From NCBI RefSeq assembly GCF_000404225.1, contig NC_021353.1, positions 808,371 to 840,370 of the forward strand: a DNA stretch of 32,000 nt. Direction: 5' to 3'. The notes beneath the pieces were generated by a model. It was given only the letters and a program-made list of their open reading frames with translations. It ran no database searches and was not told the origin of the DNA. Below are positions 1-9,220 of this stretch, piece after piece. This DNA is from Candidatus Methanomassiliicoccus intestinalis Issoire-Mx1 (GTDB lineage Archaea; Thermoplasmatota; Thermoplasmata; Methanomassiliicoccales; Methanomassiliicoccaceae). Each line of letters starts with the position of its first letter. The first letter of the stretch is position 1. A program made the position numbers and the translations under genes.

Positions 1-43
1 TTTTTGATAAAATTAATAAATTTAAAATAATGAAATGGTTTTT

Positions 44-436
44 TTACCACGGTTTCTGTCCCGTGGTCTGTAATATCTGATTATACTCTTCTGTGATGTT
101 ATATGCGTCATATATCTGCCACACCCAGAAGATCAGGAACACTACTATAAATGGTAAAAGCATAATGGTTGCAAATGATACAATAATTCCAATGATGAAG
201 TATAGCAGTCCCTTTCCAATCTGACCTGCGTAGATAACTCCTGCGCCTGGTATTATAAAAGACAGTATTGCTGCAATACCAGAACTTTTGAGCGGAAGTA
301 TATACTGCGGCGGAACTCCTGCTTGGTATGCACTCTGCGGAGTGCTTTCTATTCTTGCACCACAATTTTTGCAATAGCTTGAACCGTTTTCAATGTCGTT
401 TCCGCATTTTGGGCAAAACATAATCTTCAATTGCAT
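44..436 (-). CDS. zinc-ribbon membrane protein (N-terminal CxxC..CxxC ribbon plus two hydrophobic helices)
   Basis: 130-aa ORF. CPKCG...CKNCG motif at the N-terminus; hydrophobic IIPGAGVIYAG...LLPFIVVFLIFWVW segments; TAA stop. Paralogous C-terminal half to the next gene. Confidence 0.6.
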   Translation of the reverse strand: MQLKIMFCPKCGNDIENGSSYCKNCGARIESTPQSAYQAGVPPQYILPLKSSGIAAILSFIIPGAGVIYAGQIGKGLLYFIIGIIVSFATIMLLPFIVVFLIFWVWQIYDAYNITEEYNQILQTTGQKPW

Positions 437-519
437 AGATTGATCACTTGAGATATAAAAGATAGCTTATGAGTCTATGATTCATAAAAAATAACTAAAA
501 AGTAAAGGAGCGTATTTTT

Positions 520-900
520 TTACCAAGGAGCTCTCCCCGTTTTGTTAAAATACTCTTTATACTCGTTATATTTGACAAATGTTTGCCATATCTGCAGAAG
601 CCACACTATTATGGCCACGATCCACACGAGCTTACCAGGTAACCCTCCGAGCACATACCCAACAGATAATAAGATAATCTCTATGATCAAGAACAACGTG
701 CCATCTTTTAGTTTCTTCATATACATCAGACCGATTCCCGGCACGATTGACAATATTGCACTAATCGCAAAACTTTTTTCATCTCCGTATACTGCCCGTT
801 CTAATTTCTGAAATGTTTTGTTTGTAGAATCCTCCACTTCTCGGCAATCTTCTGTGGCGCCGTTGTGGGTTATATCCTGGGTATGATCTATTTCAGCCAT
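520..900 (-). CDS. small membrane protein, paralog of 44-436 without the zinc ribbon
   Basis: The ORF track starts at a GTG at 939. I prefer the ATG at 900 (MAEIDHTQD...) because a TATA-like CTTTATAATT (minus strand, about 950-960) sits too close to 939. Shares the PGxGxxY membrane core and the ...YN..Y...TGxxPW C-terminus with 44-436. Confidence 0.55.
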   Translation of the reverse strand: MAEIDHTQDITHNGATEDCREVEDSTNKTFQKLERAVYGDEKSFAISAILSIVPGIGLMYMKKLKDGTLFLIIEIILLSVGYVLGGLPGKLVWIVAIIVWLLQIWQTFVKYNEYKEYFNKTGRAPW

Positions 901-1070
901 GGCTGTCACTTTATACACAGTTAGATGTTGAATATGCACATCTTCTATTCAATTATAAAGACTATTTCTATTGAACTAATCTTTCCAGAAGTGAGATCAA
1001 TCGACTCGTTATTTCTTTTTGCAGTCAAAAAGATTTAAGCCTATCCCGTCATTTAGTCTAATGAGTTTAG

Positions 1071-2042
1071 ATGAATGAGATTTGGATAGAGAAATATCGA
1101 CCTAAGACTTTGAAGGAAGTTGTAGGGCAAACAGATATAGTTGAACGGTTACAATCCTACGTAAATACGAAGAATCTCCCCCACCTTATGTTTGCAGGCC
1201 CTGCCGGTACTGGGAAAACAACCTCTGCCATTGCAATGGCTAGGGAATTATATAGTGATTCTTGGAAAGGTAATTTCAATGAACTCAATGCCTCAGACGA
1301 GAGGGGAATTGATGTTGTCAGAGGTAAGATAAAAGAATTTGCTAGAACAGCTCCAATTGGTGGAGCAGAGTTTAAGATAATTTTCTTAGATGAAGCTGAT
1401 GCCCTTACATCTGATGCGCAGGCTGCTCTAAGAAGAACTATGGAGAAATATAGTAAAATCTGCAGGTTCATCCTATCTTGCAATTACTCTTCAAAGATTA
1501 TTGAACCTATCCAATCGAGATGTGCGGTCTTTCGTTTCCGTCCACTCCGCGCAGAGGACATCAAAACATATCTAGAAACAATTGCACAAAAAGAAGATCT
1601 TACGATCTCTGGAGATGCACTCGATGCATTAGTGCATGTTTCTAATGGTGACATGAGAAAAGCTGTAAACTCTCTTCAAGTTGCTGCATCTCTAGGGACT
1701 ACGATTGATGTCGATCTTGTATATCATACAACCGGCATGGCAAGGCCCGAAGATGTTCAAAGTCTTCTGGAAACTGCAATTTCTGGTGACTTCATAGGCG
1801 CCAGAAATCGGCTGGATGAAATAATGATTTCATATGGTTTATCTGGTGAAGATATTCTCAAACAGATCCATAAAACAATATTTGATCTAGAAATCGAAGA
1901 CTATGAGAAGGTAAGGCTTATCGATCGGACTGGTGAAATAGAATTTAGAATGGTCGAAGGATCAAATGAACGTATCCAACTCGAATCTCTTCTTGCATAT
2001 CTGGTATTGCTGGGTGAGCACAGGGGAGATAGTGCAGATTAA
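1071..2042 (+). CDS. rfcS: replication factor C small subunit
   Basis: 323 aa. Walker A GPAGTGKTT, Walker B FLDEADAL, SRC motif (PIQSRCAVFRF); N-terminal WIEKYRP typical of clamp-loader small subunits. Confidence 0.95.
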   Translation: MNEIWIEKYRPKTLKEVVGQTDIVERLQSYVNTKNLPHLMFAGPAGTGKTTSAIAMARELYSDSWKGNFNELNASDERGIDVVRGKIKEFARTAPIGGAEFKIIFLDEADALTSDAQAALRRTMEKYSKICRFILSCNYSSKIIEPIQSRCAVFRFRPLRAEDIKTYLETIAQKEDLTISGDALDALVHVSNGDMRKAVNSLQVAASLGTTIDVDLVYHTTGMARPEDVQSLLETAISGDFIGARNRLDEIMISYGLSGEDILKQIHKTIFDLEIEDYEKVRLIDRTGEIEFRMVEGSNERIQLESLLAYLVLLGEHRGDSAD

Positions 2043-2050
2043 ATATGCTC

Positions 2051-2069
2051 TGAGCTGATGTTCAGCTCA
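2051..2069. terminator. 8-bp hairpin TGAGCTGA-tgt-TCAGCTCA between convergent genes
   Basis: Perfect inverted repeat read directly. It lies between the rfcS stop (2042) and the stop of the minus-strand XRE gene (2078), with T-rich flanks on both strands. Confidence 0.5.
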
Positions 2070-2077
2070 TTCATCTT

Positions 2078-2287
2078 TTATTCAAAATAGAACAATTCTT
2101 CAAATTTTTTATCAAGTGCTATACACATAACTAATGCTAGTTTCGCTGTGGGATTAAATTGTCCAGTTTCTATTGAGCTAATGGTCTGCCTCGAGACTCC
2201 CGTCATATTTGCTAGATCCTCTTGTGTCAGATTTTTCTCGGCTCTTGCTATTTTGAGCCTATTTTTGAGTACGAGTTTTTCATCCAT
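2078..2287 (-). CDS. XRE/Cro-C1 family helix-turn-helix transcriptional regulator
   Basis: 69 aa. LTQEDLANMTGVSRQTISSIETGQFNP is a textbook XRE HTH. Size and FEELFYFE ending resemble the small bacterial YozG-like regulators. Confidence 0.85.
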   Translation of the reverse strand: MDEKLVLKNRLKIARAEKNLTQEDLANMTGVSRQTISSIETGQFNPTAKLALVMCIALDKKFEELFYFE

Positions 2288-2290
2288 TTT

Positions 2291-2632
2291 TCAAATGGCC
2301 TCCATGATATAGCAAATAGCAAATATGATCGTTGCAGCCAGAAGTATCATCCCCATCACTAAAAAGAATTTTTTACTTGGAATTTTTGTATATTTGTATA
2401 TCGACATTGCTGCGCTTCCAGCTGTTAAAATTGACAAGATGTCCATATACGGCTGGTTGATAAAAATCTTAAACAGCATGTATGCAAAAGACAATATTAA
2501 AACGCATAAAAGACCCATGTATGCAGATTCATCATCTATGTGACTCTCTCTTTCATCCATATCCCTATTCTCGTCTCTGCTCAATTCTAAAATCTTTTCT
2601 TTTTCCATTCTGATTACCTGATTTTTAGACAA
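2291..2632 (-). CDS. small membrane protein co-transcribed with the XRE regulator
   Basis: 113-aa ORF from a TTG at 2632, with an alternative ATG at 2608 (MEKEKIL...). Acidic N-terminal region followed by three hydrophobic segments. Its stop is 3 nt from the XRE start. Confidence 0.6.
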   Translation of the reverse strand: MSKNQVIRMEKEKILELSRDENRDMDERESHIDDESAYMGLLCVLILSFAYMLFKIFINQPYMDILSILTAGSAAMSIYKYTKIPSKKFFLVMGMILLAATIIFAICYIMEAI

Positions 2633-2840
2633 TCTATGGCATGTACACTTATCATTTTGTATATTAAACTTGTTAAAAATATAAGTAAACTTGTCATAAT
2701 TATTGATTTTTTTATCTAATCTCTGAGGTTAATGTTTTATCTCCTATTGGATATCATCTAATCTATGCAGGATTCAGCCATATTGCAGATTGCTGGGTGT
2801 TTTTGCGATGCGGGTCTGATGAGATGGCTTCATACTAATC

Positions 2841-2850
2841 TATTTATATG
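2841..2850 (+). promoter_or_regulatory. TATA-like box (TATTTATATG) upstream of rpl40e
   Basis: AT-rich TTTATAT core about 35 nt upstream of the ATG at 2882. GAGGA at 2872-2876 could serve as a Shine-Dalgarno sequence. Confidence 0.3.
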
Positions 2851-2881
2851 ACATCTATCTTCCATAGCCCAGAGGATTTAC

Positions 2882-3031
2882 ATGACACGTTTCAAGGAAG
2901 CTGACGAAAGGCTTCTTAACAAGAAGATCTGCATGAAATGCGACGCACGCAATGCTCCAAAAGCAACTCGTTGCCGCCGCTGTGGATATGATAAGCTTCG
3001 TCCAAAAGCAAAAGAAAGCAGAAAAGCTTGA
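2882..3031 (+). CDS. rpl40e: 50S ribosomal protein L40e
   Basis: 49-codon ORF absent from the ORF track because it is under 60 aa: [49 protein letters not shown]. It has the basic CxxC...CxxC zinc ribbon and the [11 protein letters not shown] signature of archaeal L40e. Confidence 0.85.
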   Translation: MTRFKEADERLLNKKICMKCDARNAPKATRCRRCGYDKLRPKAKESRKA

Positions 3032-3045
3032 TTTGAGCTTTATTC

Positions 3046-3075
3046 AGGGGCTTGCCCCCTCTTTTTAAATTTTGC
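3046..3075 (+). terminator. GC hairpin (GGGGC-tt-GCCCC) followed by T-tracts
   Basis: Inverted repeat at 3047-3058, then CTCTTTTTAAATTTT. Located 15 nt after the rpl40e stop. Confidence 0.45.
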
Positions 3076-3185
3076 TTATCTATTTTAGTTTATACTTTAT
3101 ATGTTTTGTTTTTACAATTTTTCTTTTCAGTATGCATTAATTAATATCCGGTGAGTATATTCTATAATCATTTGGAGTTGAATAA

Positions 3186-4463
3186 ATGTCATCACCTATT
3201 ACTCGTGTATGGGCCAGAGAAGTGTTGGACTCAAGAGGAAATCCAACAGTTGAAGCTGAAATTACAGCAGGCAAAGACTGTGTGTCTGCCATAGCCCCTT
3301 CGGGTGCATCTACAGGTTCTCACGAAGCATTGGAGCTCAGAGATGGAGATGCACGTTACAATGGAAAAGGCGTTATGAAGGCTGTAAATAATGTCCGTTT
3401 TTCTATCTCAAAGGTCATCGAAGGAATGGATGTTCAAAATCTTAAGGCTATAGACAATGCCATGATCTCTGCAGATGGAACTCCCAACAAAAGCAAATTT
3501 GGGGCAAATGCAACCGTTGCAGTTTCCCTGGCTGTTGCAAAAGCCGGTGCCATATCAAAAGGTGTTGAGCTTCATGAATATCTTTCACCGGGAAGTTACA
3601 TTCTGCCAGTACCTATGATGAACATCCTTAATGGCGGGAAACATGCAGGCAGCAACCTGAAGATTCAAGAATTCATGATTTCTCCTGCTGGAGCAGCAAC
3701 ATTTGCCGATGCTTTAAGAATGGGAGCAGAAGTCTATCATGAGCTGAAAAGCCTTCTTAAAAAGTCATATGGTGTGAGTGCAATAAATATTGGTGACGAA
3801 GGTGGGTTTGCACCTGCACTGGATACGACACCAGAGGCTATGAATATCATCATGGATGCTATAGAAGGTGCAGGTTATGCGCCTGGCAGAGATGTATATA
3901 TGGCCATGGATGCCGCAGCTTCTGAATTCTATGCTGATGGGAGCTACACATTAGATGGCAAAACCCTAAATGCAGGCGAACTTGTTGATTTCTACGCTGA
4001 TTTATCCAGATCTTACCCTTTGATAAGTCTGGAAGATCCAGTAATGGAAGACGATTTCGAAACCATGACTGAGATGACTAAAAAACTAGGCTCAAAACTG
4101 CAACTGGTAGGAGACGATCTTTTTGTTACCAATACAGAAAGGCTCCGCAGGGGAATAGAAGCAGATGCTGGTAATGCCCTGCTGCTCAAGGTCAACCAAA
4201 TAGGAACGGTCTCAGAGGCCATCGAAGCTGCAGAGCTTGCTCTAAAATCTAATTATGCAGTCATGGTAAGCCATAGATCTGGAGAATCAGAAGACACCTC
4301 AATTGCAGACATTGCTGTTGCACTGGGATGCGGGCAGATTAAGACAGGTGCACCTGCCAGGGGTGAAAGAACTTCAAAATACAACAGGCTGTTGCGCATT
4401 GAAGAAAAATTGGGTCAGAGTGCAAAATATGCAGGTAAGTCTGCATTTGCCGCTTTGAAATGA
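3186..4463 (+). CDS. eno: enolase (phosphopyruvate hydratase)
   Basis: 425 aa. AREVLDSRGNPTVE N-terminus, LLLKVNQIGTVSE and SHRSGESEDT signatures. GGAG lies 9 nt upstream of the ATG. Confidence 0.97.
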   Translation: MSSPITRVWAREVLDSRGNPTVEAEITAGKDCVSAIAPSGASTGSHEALELRDGDARYNGKGVMKAVNNVRFSISKVIEGMDVQNLKAIDNAMISADGTPNKSKFGANATVAVSLAVAKAGAISKGVELHEYLSPGSYILPVPMMNILNGGKHAGSNLKIQEFMISPAGAATFADALRMGAEVYHELKSLLKKSYGVSAINIGDEGGFAPALDTTPEAMNIIMDAIEGAGYAPGRDVYMAMDAAASEFYADGSYTLDGKTLNAGELVDFYADLSRSYPLISLEDPVMEDDFETMTEMTKKLGSKLQLVGDDLFVTNTERLRRGIEADAGNALLLKVNQIGTVSEAIEAAELALKSNYAVMVSHRSGESEDTSIADIAVALGCGQIKTGAPARGERTSKYNRLLRIEEKLGQSAKYAGKSAFAALK

Positions 4464-4471
4464 AACATTTG

Positions 4472-4503
4472 GCTGGTAATCTACCAGCTTTTATTTTTCT
4501 TTA
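4472..4503 (+). terminator. hairpin GCTGGTA-atc-TACCAGC followed by TTTTATTTTTCTTT
   Basis: 7-bp perfect stem beginning 9 nt after the eno stop, followed directly by a long T-rich tract. Confidence 0.6.
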
Positions 4504-4624
4504 AATTTTTAAGATCAGAGGCACATATTAGGTCTAGATCCTGACTACTCCACATTCATCCAATATGTGAAAAGCTCACCAAAACCTATTTACTGTAAGT
4601 TCTTTTAGGATCCGGGACAAAAAT

Positions 4625-5815
4625 ATGAAACCGCGATACTTTACCGCGACTGATGATGACATCAATGCATGCAGGACTACTGACATTTATTTTGTGCGTA
4701 CTATGGAAATTTTAAAATCCAGAGGCATGCTTGATGAGAGAGCCTTTGCAGAGATGACTGTAGGATCACTGCCTGGCTGTTGGAAGTGGGGAGTATTCTG
4801 TGGCCTCGAAGAGGCACTGCGCTTTATGGAGGGCAGGGATGTTGACATATATGGGGTTCCAGAAGGCACAATCTTTCCTTCAAGAACTCAGAGTGGGCTT
4901 AAACTTCCTCTTTTGAGTCTGGATGGAAAATATTCTGAATATTGTATGCCTGAAAGTCCCATGCTTGGTTTCATGTGTCATTCTACGGGTGTAGCAACAA
5001 TGGCTGCAAGATGCAGGATTGCCGCTGAAGACAAACCTATGATGGCATTTGGTGTGAGGCGATCTCACCCAGCAATCAGCCCTATGCTTGATCGATCATC
5101 ATACATTGGAGGTTGCGATGGTGTGTCTTCTTTGATGGGTGCTGAACTTATCGGTGAAGAACCAAACGGCACAATGCCTCATGCATTAATCGTGATGATG
5201 GGTTCTTCAAAACTTGCATTTGCAGCGTTTGATGAGATAATAGATTCTTCAGTACAGCGTATTGCACTTGCCGACACATATTCTGATGAAAAATCAGAAG
5301 CGGTTATGGCAGCTGAAACAATAAAAGACCTATATGGAATACGCTTGGATACTCCAGCTTCCAGAAGAGGGTCATTCTCTGAGATAATAAAAGAAGTCAG
5401 ATGGGAACTGGATATTCGTGGATTTACGGATGTAAAGATCATAGTTTCTGGCGGTCTAGATGAAACATCAATTCCAGATTTAGTTAGAGCGGGAGTAGAT
5501 GGCTTTGGTGTAGGAACTTCCATATCAAATGCTCCGACTGTGGATTTTGCATTAGATATTGTGGAGAAAGATGGAAAGCCTGTTGCTAAACGCGGTAAAC
5601 TCGGCGGTAAAAAATATGTATTCAGATGTCCAGACTGCAACTCCTGGGAAATTTCTCCAAATGAATCAGACATTCCCGTATGCCTCTGCTGTGGATCTGA
5701 CATGAAACCTGCTTTTGAAAAGCTAATGGAAAATGGAAAAAGGATTTATGGTGAAAGATCTCCAAAAGAAATAAGAGCGTATGTTCTTAAGCAGCTGGAG
5801 ACAATGGAATTATGA
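4625..5815 (+). CDS. pncB: nicotinate phosphoribosyltransferase, archaeal type with C-terminal zinc knuckle
   Basis: 396 aa. The overall pattern resembles type II PRTases of the Thermoplasma NAPRTase kind. C-terminal CPDC...CLCC zinc-ribbon segment. Confidence 0.85.
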   Translation: MKPRYFTATDDDINACRTTDIYFVRTMEILKSRGMLDERAFAEMTVGSLPGCWKWGVFCGLEEALRFMEGRDVDIYGVPEGTIFPSRTQSGLKLPLLSLDGKYSEYCMPESPMLGFMCHSTGVATMAARCRIAAEDKPMMAFGVRRSHPAISPMLDRSSYIGGCDGVSSLMGAELIGEEPNGTMPHALIVMMGSSKLAFAAFDEIIDSSVQRIALADTYSDEKSEAVMAAETIKDLYGIRLDTPASRRGSFSEIIKEVRWELDIRGFTDVKIIVSGGLDETSIPDLVRAGVDGFGVGTSISNAPTVDFALDIVEKDGKPVAKRGKLGGKKYVFRCPDCNSWEISPNESDIPVCLCCGSDMKPAFEKLMENGKRIYGERSPKEIRAYVLKQLETMEL

Positions 5816-6237
5816 ATTCGGAAAAAGGTCCGGTCGTAATATCAAGGGAAGAGGGATACAGGTTTAGAATATCATTCTCTTCGAATAAAATCGAAGACAT
5901 ACATATGGATGAACCCGAGCCTCTTGGTACTGGAAACTTTCCTAATGCCGGAAAACTTCTTGCAGCGGCTGTAGGGAACTGTCTCTGTGCGTCTCTTACA
6001 TTTTGTCTTGAAAAATCTAGATTGGACTGCTCTAACATCTGTGCAGAAGTTATGACGCATGCTGAGCGTAATGATGATAATAAAATTAGGATAACTGGAA
6101 TAGATGTGCACATCGTCCATGGCATAGATGATTGTCCTAAGCTCCGCCATTGCTTGGATGTTTTTGAAGATTACTGTACAGTTAGCCGGAGTGTTGCTGA
6201 AGGAATCAAAGTTTCAGTCATAACTTCAAAGGATTAG
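5812..6237 (+). CDS. OsmC/Ohr family peroxiredoxin-like protein
   Basis: 141 aa with the two conserved Cys contexts (AAAVGNCLCASL and EDYCTVSRS). ATGA start/stop overlap with the upstream gene. TAG stop at 6235-6237, then an in-frame TAA two codons later. Confidence 0.8.
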   Translation: MNSEKGPVVISREEGYRFRISFSSNKIEDIHMDEPEPLGTGNFPNAGKLLAAAVGNCLCASLTFCLEKSRLDCSNICAEVMTHAERNDDNKIRITGIDVHIVHGIDDCPKLRHCLDVFEDYCTVSRSVAEGIKVSVITSKD

Positions 6238-6380
6238 AAATGTTAATCATGATTAGATGGGAGAAGGTTCTACATCCATTGATTAACTGCACTGGCTCTT
6301 ATGATTTTAGGTATGATTTTTAATTAATACTGAAAATCTCCGTCCGAGTACATCTAAAAGTGGATTATATAAAAATATAA

Positions 6381-6400
6381 AAGAGGCTTAAAAGCCTCTT
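6381..6400. terminator. hairpin AAGAGGCTT-aa-AAGCCTCTT at the 3' end of the minus-strand ABC operon
   Basis: 9-bp perfect inverted repeat that includes the permease stop codon (6388-6390). The minus strand continues with TTTTATATTTTTATATAAT. Confidence 0.5.
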
Positions 6401-7194
6401 TGTTTGTAGATCAATGATGCAATGAATGATACAAACACTCCCCATGTAACCATGACCATTGCTGAAAGCGCTGGATCAGCCACATAATACCATGAAGATC
6501 TTATGGCATCATCATACATCAATGCTGCAGAGGCGCCGTTTAGCACAGTAATGATGCTGCCTGATGAATATGTGATGCTGAACCAAGGTTCGATTCCATT
6601 TCCGGAAAATAATTGAGAGATCCAGTTTCCCACTATCAGCAGAACTATGATCGTTACAGATGTAGCTGTATTGCTTTTCTTGAAGTATGAGCTGAATAGC
6701 AATGCAATACCAGTTGCTCCGAATATGTACGTGATCATTAATCCAAGTGATACCCAGATCTTGCCATATATTGAGCCGGTTATTATGTATGACATTATTG
6801 CTACTATCACATAATATATGATTATCACGAACGTTGATGTTATAAATCCTGCCAGAAATTTTCCGGCGAATATGGATTCTTTTTTGATAGGTCTTGTGAA
6901 TAGTAGTAAACCAGTTCTTTCTTCATATTCTGAAACCAAGAGACCGGATGAGAATATGGTTACAGCAACTATCGCTAAGATTGTTATAAATCGCAGATAT
7001 AGTGTGATAAAATCTTTAGATTCTGAAGGAAATTTTATCTCAGACAGTGTAAATATCAGATAAATCCCTGCGATTATTGCTATCATCAGCACTATGAATC
7101 CAACTAATTTTTTTCCTTTTATGTATTTATGAAACTCTTGATTCATAACGACACTGGTCTGTCTCAAATCATCAATAAATTCAGACAGCATCAT
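6388..7194 (-). CDS. ABC-2 family exporter permease
   Basis: 268 aa with six hydrophobic segments and an N-terminal cytoplasmic stretch, a NosY/ABC-2-like layout. ATGA overlap with the upstream ATPase gene. Confidence 0.8.
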   Translation of the reverse strand: MMLSEFIDDLRQTSVVMNQEFHKYIKGKKLVGFIVLMIAIIAGIYLIFTLSEIKFPSESKDFITLYLRFITILAIVAVTIFSSGLLVSEYEERTGLLLFTRPIKKESIFAGKFLAGFITSTFVIIIYYVIVAIMSYIITGSIYGKIWVSLGLMITYIFGATGIALLFSSYFKKSNTATSVTIIVLLIVGNWISQLFSGNGIEPWFSITYSSGSIITVLNGASAALMYDDAIRSSWYYVADPALSAMVMVTWGVFVSFIASLIYKQRGF

Positions 7195-8135
7195 ATCGAC
7201 TCCTTTACAAGATCTAAATATGACGTTTCAAGACTGTTTTCAGAACTGGAAAAACTGTATACATATATATTTAAAGCTCCTATCTCACTGAGAAGCTGCG
7301 CCTGTTCACCCAGCCCGCCTTTCAAAATTATTTCAACGTCATTTTTCCCTGCATACTCTACATCTGTCACATTGCTCAAATTTTTTATTTTTTCTAGAAT
7401 ATCTGCATTTGGCTCATCTATAAGTTTAATCTCTATTTTCCGCGTTCCTTTCGTCCCGATTACATTTGAGAGATCATCGTTAACAATGAGTTTTCCACGG
7501 CTGACCATCGCAACTCTATCGCACAAATCGTTTACTTCATGAAGCATGTGCGAACTCATCAAAATAGTGAGACTCTCTTTTTTTCTCAGCTCTTTTAGGA
7601 TCTCTCTGATCTCAGCCATTCCTCTTGGATCTAGGCCGGATGTAGGCTCATCGAGAATGATAATACTTGGACTATTGATTAATGATTGTCCCAAGGCTAC
7701 TCTTTGCCTCATTCCCTTTGAAAATGTTCCAAGTTTTTTATCGGCCCATTCACTCATCTTTATCTTTTCAAGAATCTCATCCGTTTCTGTAGCTATGCTC
7801 TCGTTGGACATTCCAAGAATCTTACCAATATATCTGAATGTTTCGCGCGGAGTCAAATACGTGTAGAATTCTGGTGTTTCAACAACTGTTCCAACGTTCT
7901 TCAAGGCATTTTTTGGATGAAGTTCAACATCATATCCATCCAGATAAACTGATCCAGATGTGGCTCTGGTGAGATTGGATAATATCTTTAATGTAGTGCT
8001 TTTTCCTGCGCCATTTGGCCCAAGCATGCCGGTAAAGCTGTTCTTCTTTACAGAAAAGGTAAGATCATCAACTGCTACGAATTTTCCATATGTCTTGGTT
8101 AATTTTTCAATGACAATTGGGTCTTCATGCGTCAC
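7191..8135 (-). CDS. ABC transporter ATP-binding protein
   Basis: 314 aa. Walker [10 protein letters not shown], signature FSKGMRQRV, Walker B IIILDEPTSGLD, H-loop SSHML. GTG start overlaps (GTGA) the stop of the upstream gene. Confidence 0.93.
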   Translation of the reverse strand: MTHEDPIVIEKLTKTYGKFVAVDDLTFSVKKNSFTGMLGPNGAGKSTTLKILSNLTRATSGSVYLDGYDVELHPKNALKNVGTVVETPEFYTYLTPRETFRYIGKILGMSNESIATETDEILEKIKMSEWADKKLGTFSKGMRQRVALGQSLINSPSIIILDEPTSGLDPRGMAEIREILKELRKKESLTILMSSHMLHEVNDLCDRVAMVSRGKLIVNDDLSNVIGTKGTRKIEIKLIDEPNADILEKIKNLSNVTDVEYAGKNDVEIILKGGLGEQAQLLSEIGALNIYVYSFSSSENSLETSYLDLVKESI

Positions 8136-9220
8136 AAGCTCACCTCGGCAGATTCAAAACTGAATGTTATTGACGTAGGGTATGGATCCACGCGCCATTC
8201 ATACTTATATAAAGATACATTCCCTTCAATCGTCATCTTTTTAAGGGTATCTCCATCATCGTCATATTTTGAGCTTATTTTATACTCTATAGTATGCATA
8301 TCAAGGTCTTTATCGATATATGAGTAATTTACAGAATACTCATATTGAAAATCGGCAAGTCTATCATCGACCGTTTCATAATGTTTTGAATTGCCTAAAT
8401 GATCACCTTCTATGCATGGTACATACATAATCAGGCATGTTTCATCAGTGTTGGAATTATTATCTAACGTCAGTGTGATCTCTTTGTACATACCATATGA
8501 ATTGAGATACGCATTCGTTAAAAATTTAGTATTTGATATAGTTTTTATAGATATAGTTTCAGAATAGTATTTATTCGTAGCATCCTGGGAATCACTCATG
8601 TATATCTTTTCGTTTCCACTCATCTGAATATTTTGTATCTCTCCTATTTCCCCAATTTCATATTTTCCTTCGGTGACTGATGCTCTGTCTAAGTCTGCTG
8701 TTATTGATATGTCAGCAATAGTCTGTTTAGAATCAATTTGTGCTAGGCTATGGATCTGGCAGTCAATTCTATAAATTAAAGGTGCATCTATCCCGATATA
8801 GTATGTATAAACTTGTTCAGTTAACGGGCTGACATACTCATAAACATTGCATCTAAAATTTTTATCTTCTACACTGACATTTTCCACTCCTTTGTATCCT
8901 GATCCATCTGGAGTTAAGTTTCCAGCATCAAGCCACATAAACTCATTTTGTTTATGTGTATAGATATCGATGTCTTTAGAAAAAGCAGATTGAAGAGTAA
9001 ATATGGAATATATTTTTTCATCAGATATAAATAGTAAAGACTGATATGCATATCCACTATCTATTTTATATGTCTGGCCATTGTCCGTATCCTTAATTTC
9101 ACCTGAAACTTTAAAAATCATATCTGCACTAGTATCTGATTGCCCATTTGGTATGATCTGCATTTCTGATTCCAGCGTGTTATGGTATGCAGAAAGACCA
9201 GCAATAATTACAATCAGCAA
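8132..9220 (-). CDS. exported or membrane-anchored protein of unknown function, first gene of the ABC-2 operon (5' end uncertain, may reach about 9276)
   Basis: 362-aa ORF from a TTG. The same frame stays open upstream and encodes ...NEKVKKAKNKIISLIVAVVLLIVIIAGLSAY, a typical signal anchor, with no in-frame ATG/GTG/TTG. The rest is Asn/Tyr/Ser/Asp-rich and I recognise no motif. Confidence 0.6.
   Translation of the reverse strand: MLIVIIAGLSAYHNTLESEMQIIPNGQSDTSADMIFKVSGEIKDTDNGQTYKIDSGYAYQSLLFISDEKIYSIFTLQSAFSKDIDIYTHKQNEFMWLDAGNLTPDGSGYKGVENVSVEDKNFRCNVYEYVSPLTEQVYTYYIGIDAPLIYRIDCQIHSLAQIDSKQTIADISITADLDRASVTEGKYEIGEIGEIQNIQMSGNEKIYMSDSQDATNKYYSETISIKTISNTKFLTNAYLNSYGMYKEITLTLDNNSNTDETCLIMYVPCIEGDHLGNSKHYETVDDRLADFQYEYSVNYSYIDKDLDMHTIEYKISSKYDDDGDTLKKMTIEGNVSLYKYEWRVDPYPTSITFSFESAEVSL

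Noticed and set aside
5179-5703. 174-aa minus-strand ORF, plus others at 4687-5068, opposite the NAPRTase gene
   Set aside because: Ser/Pro-rich shadow ORFs with no motifs. The plus-strand frame has clear enzyme similarity.
6587-6597. GGTTCGATTCC T-loop-like motif
   Set aside because: It lies inside the ABC-2 permease coding frame, and the flanking bases (CAAGG/CCATT) do not form a T-stem or an acceptor stem.
7129-8327. Plus-strand ORFs (137, 106, 67 and 66 aa) across the first ABC operon
   Set aside because: Antisense shadows. The minus-strand frames carry Walker A/B and ABC signature motifs and are translationally coupled.
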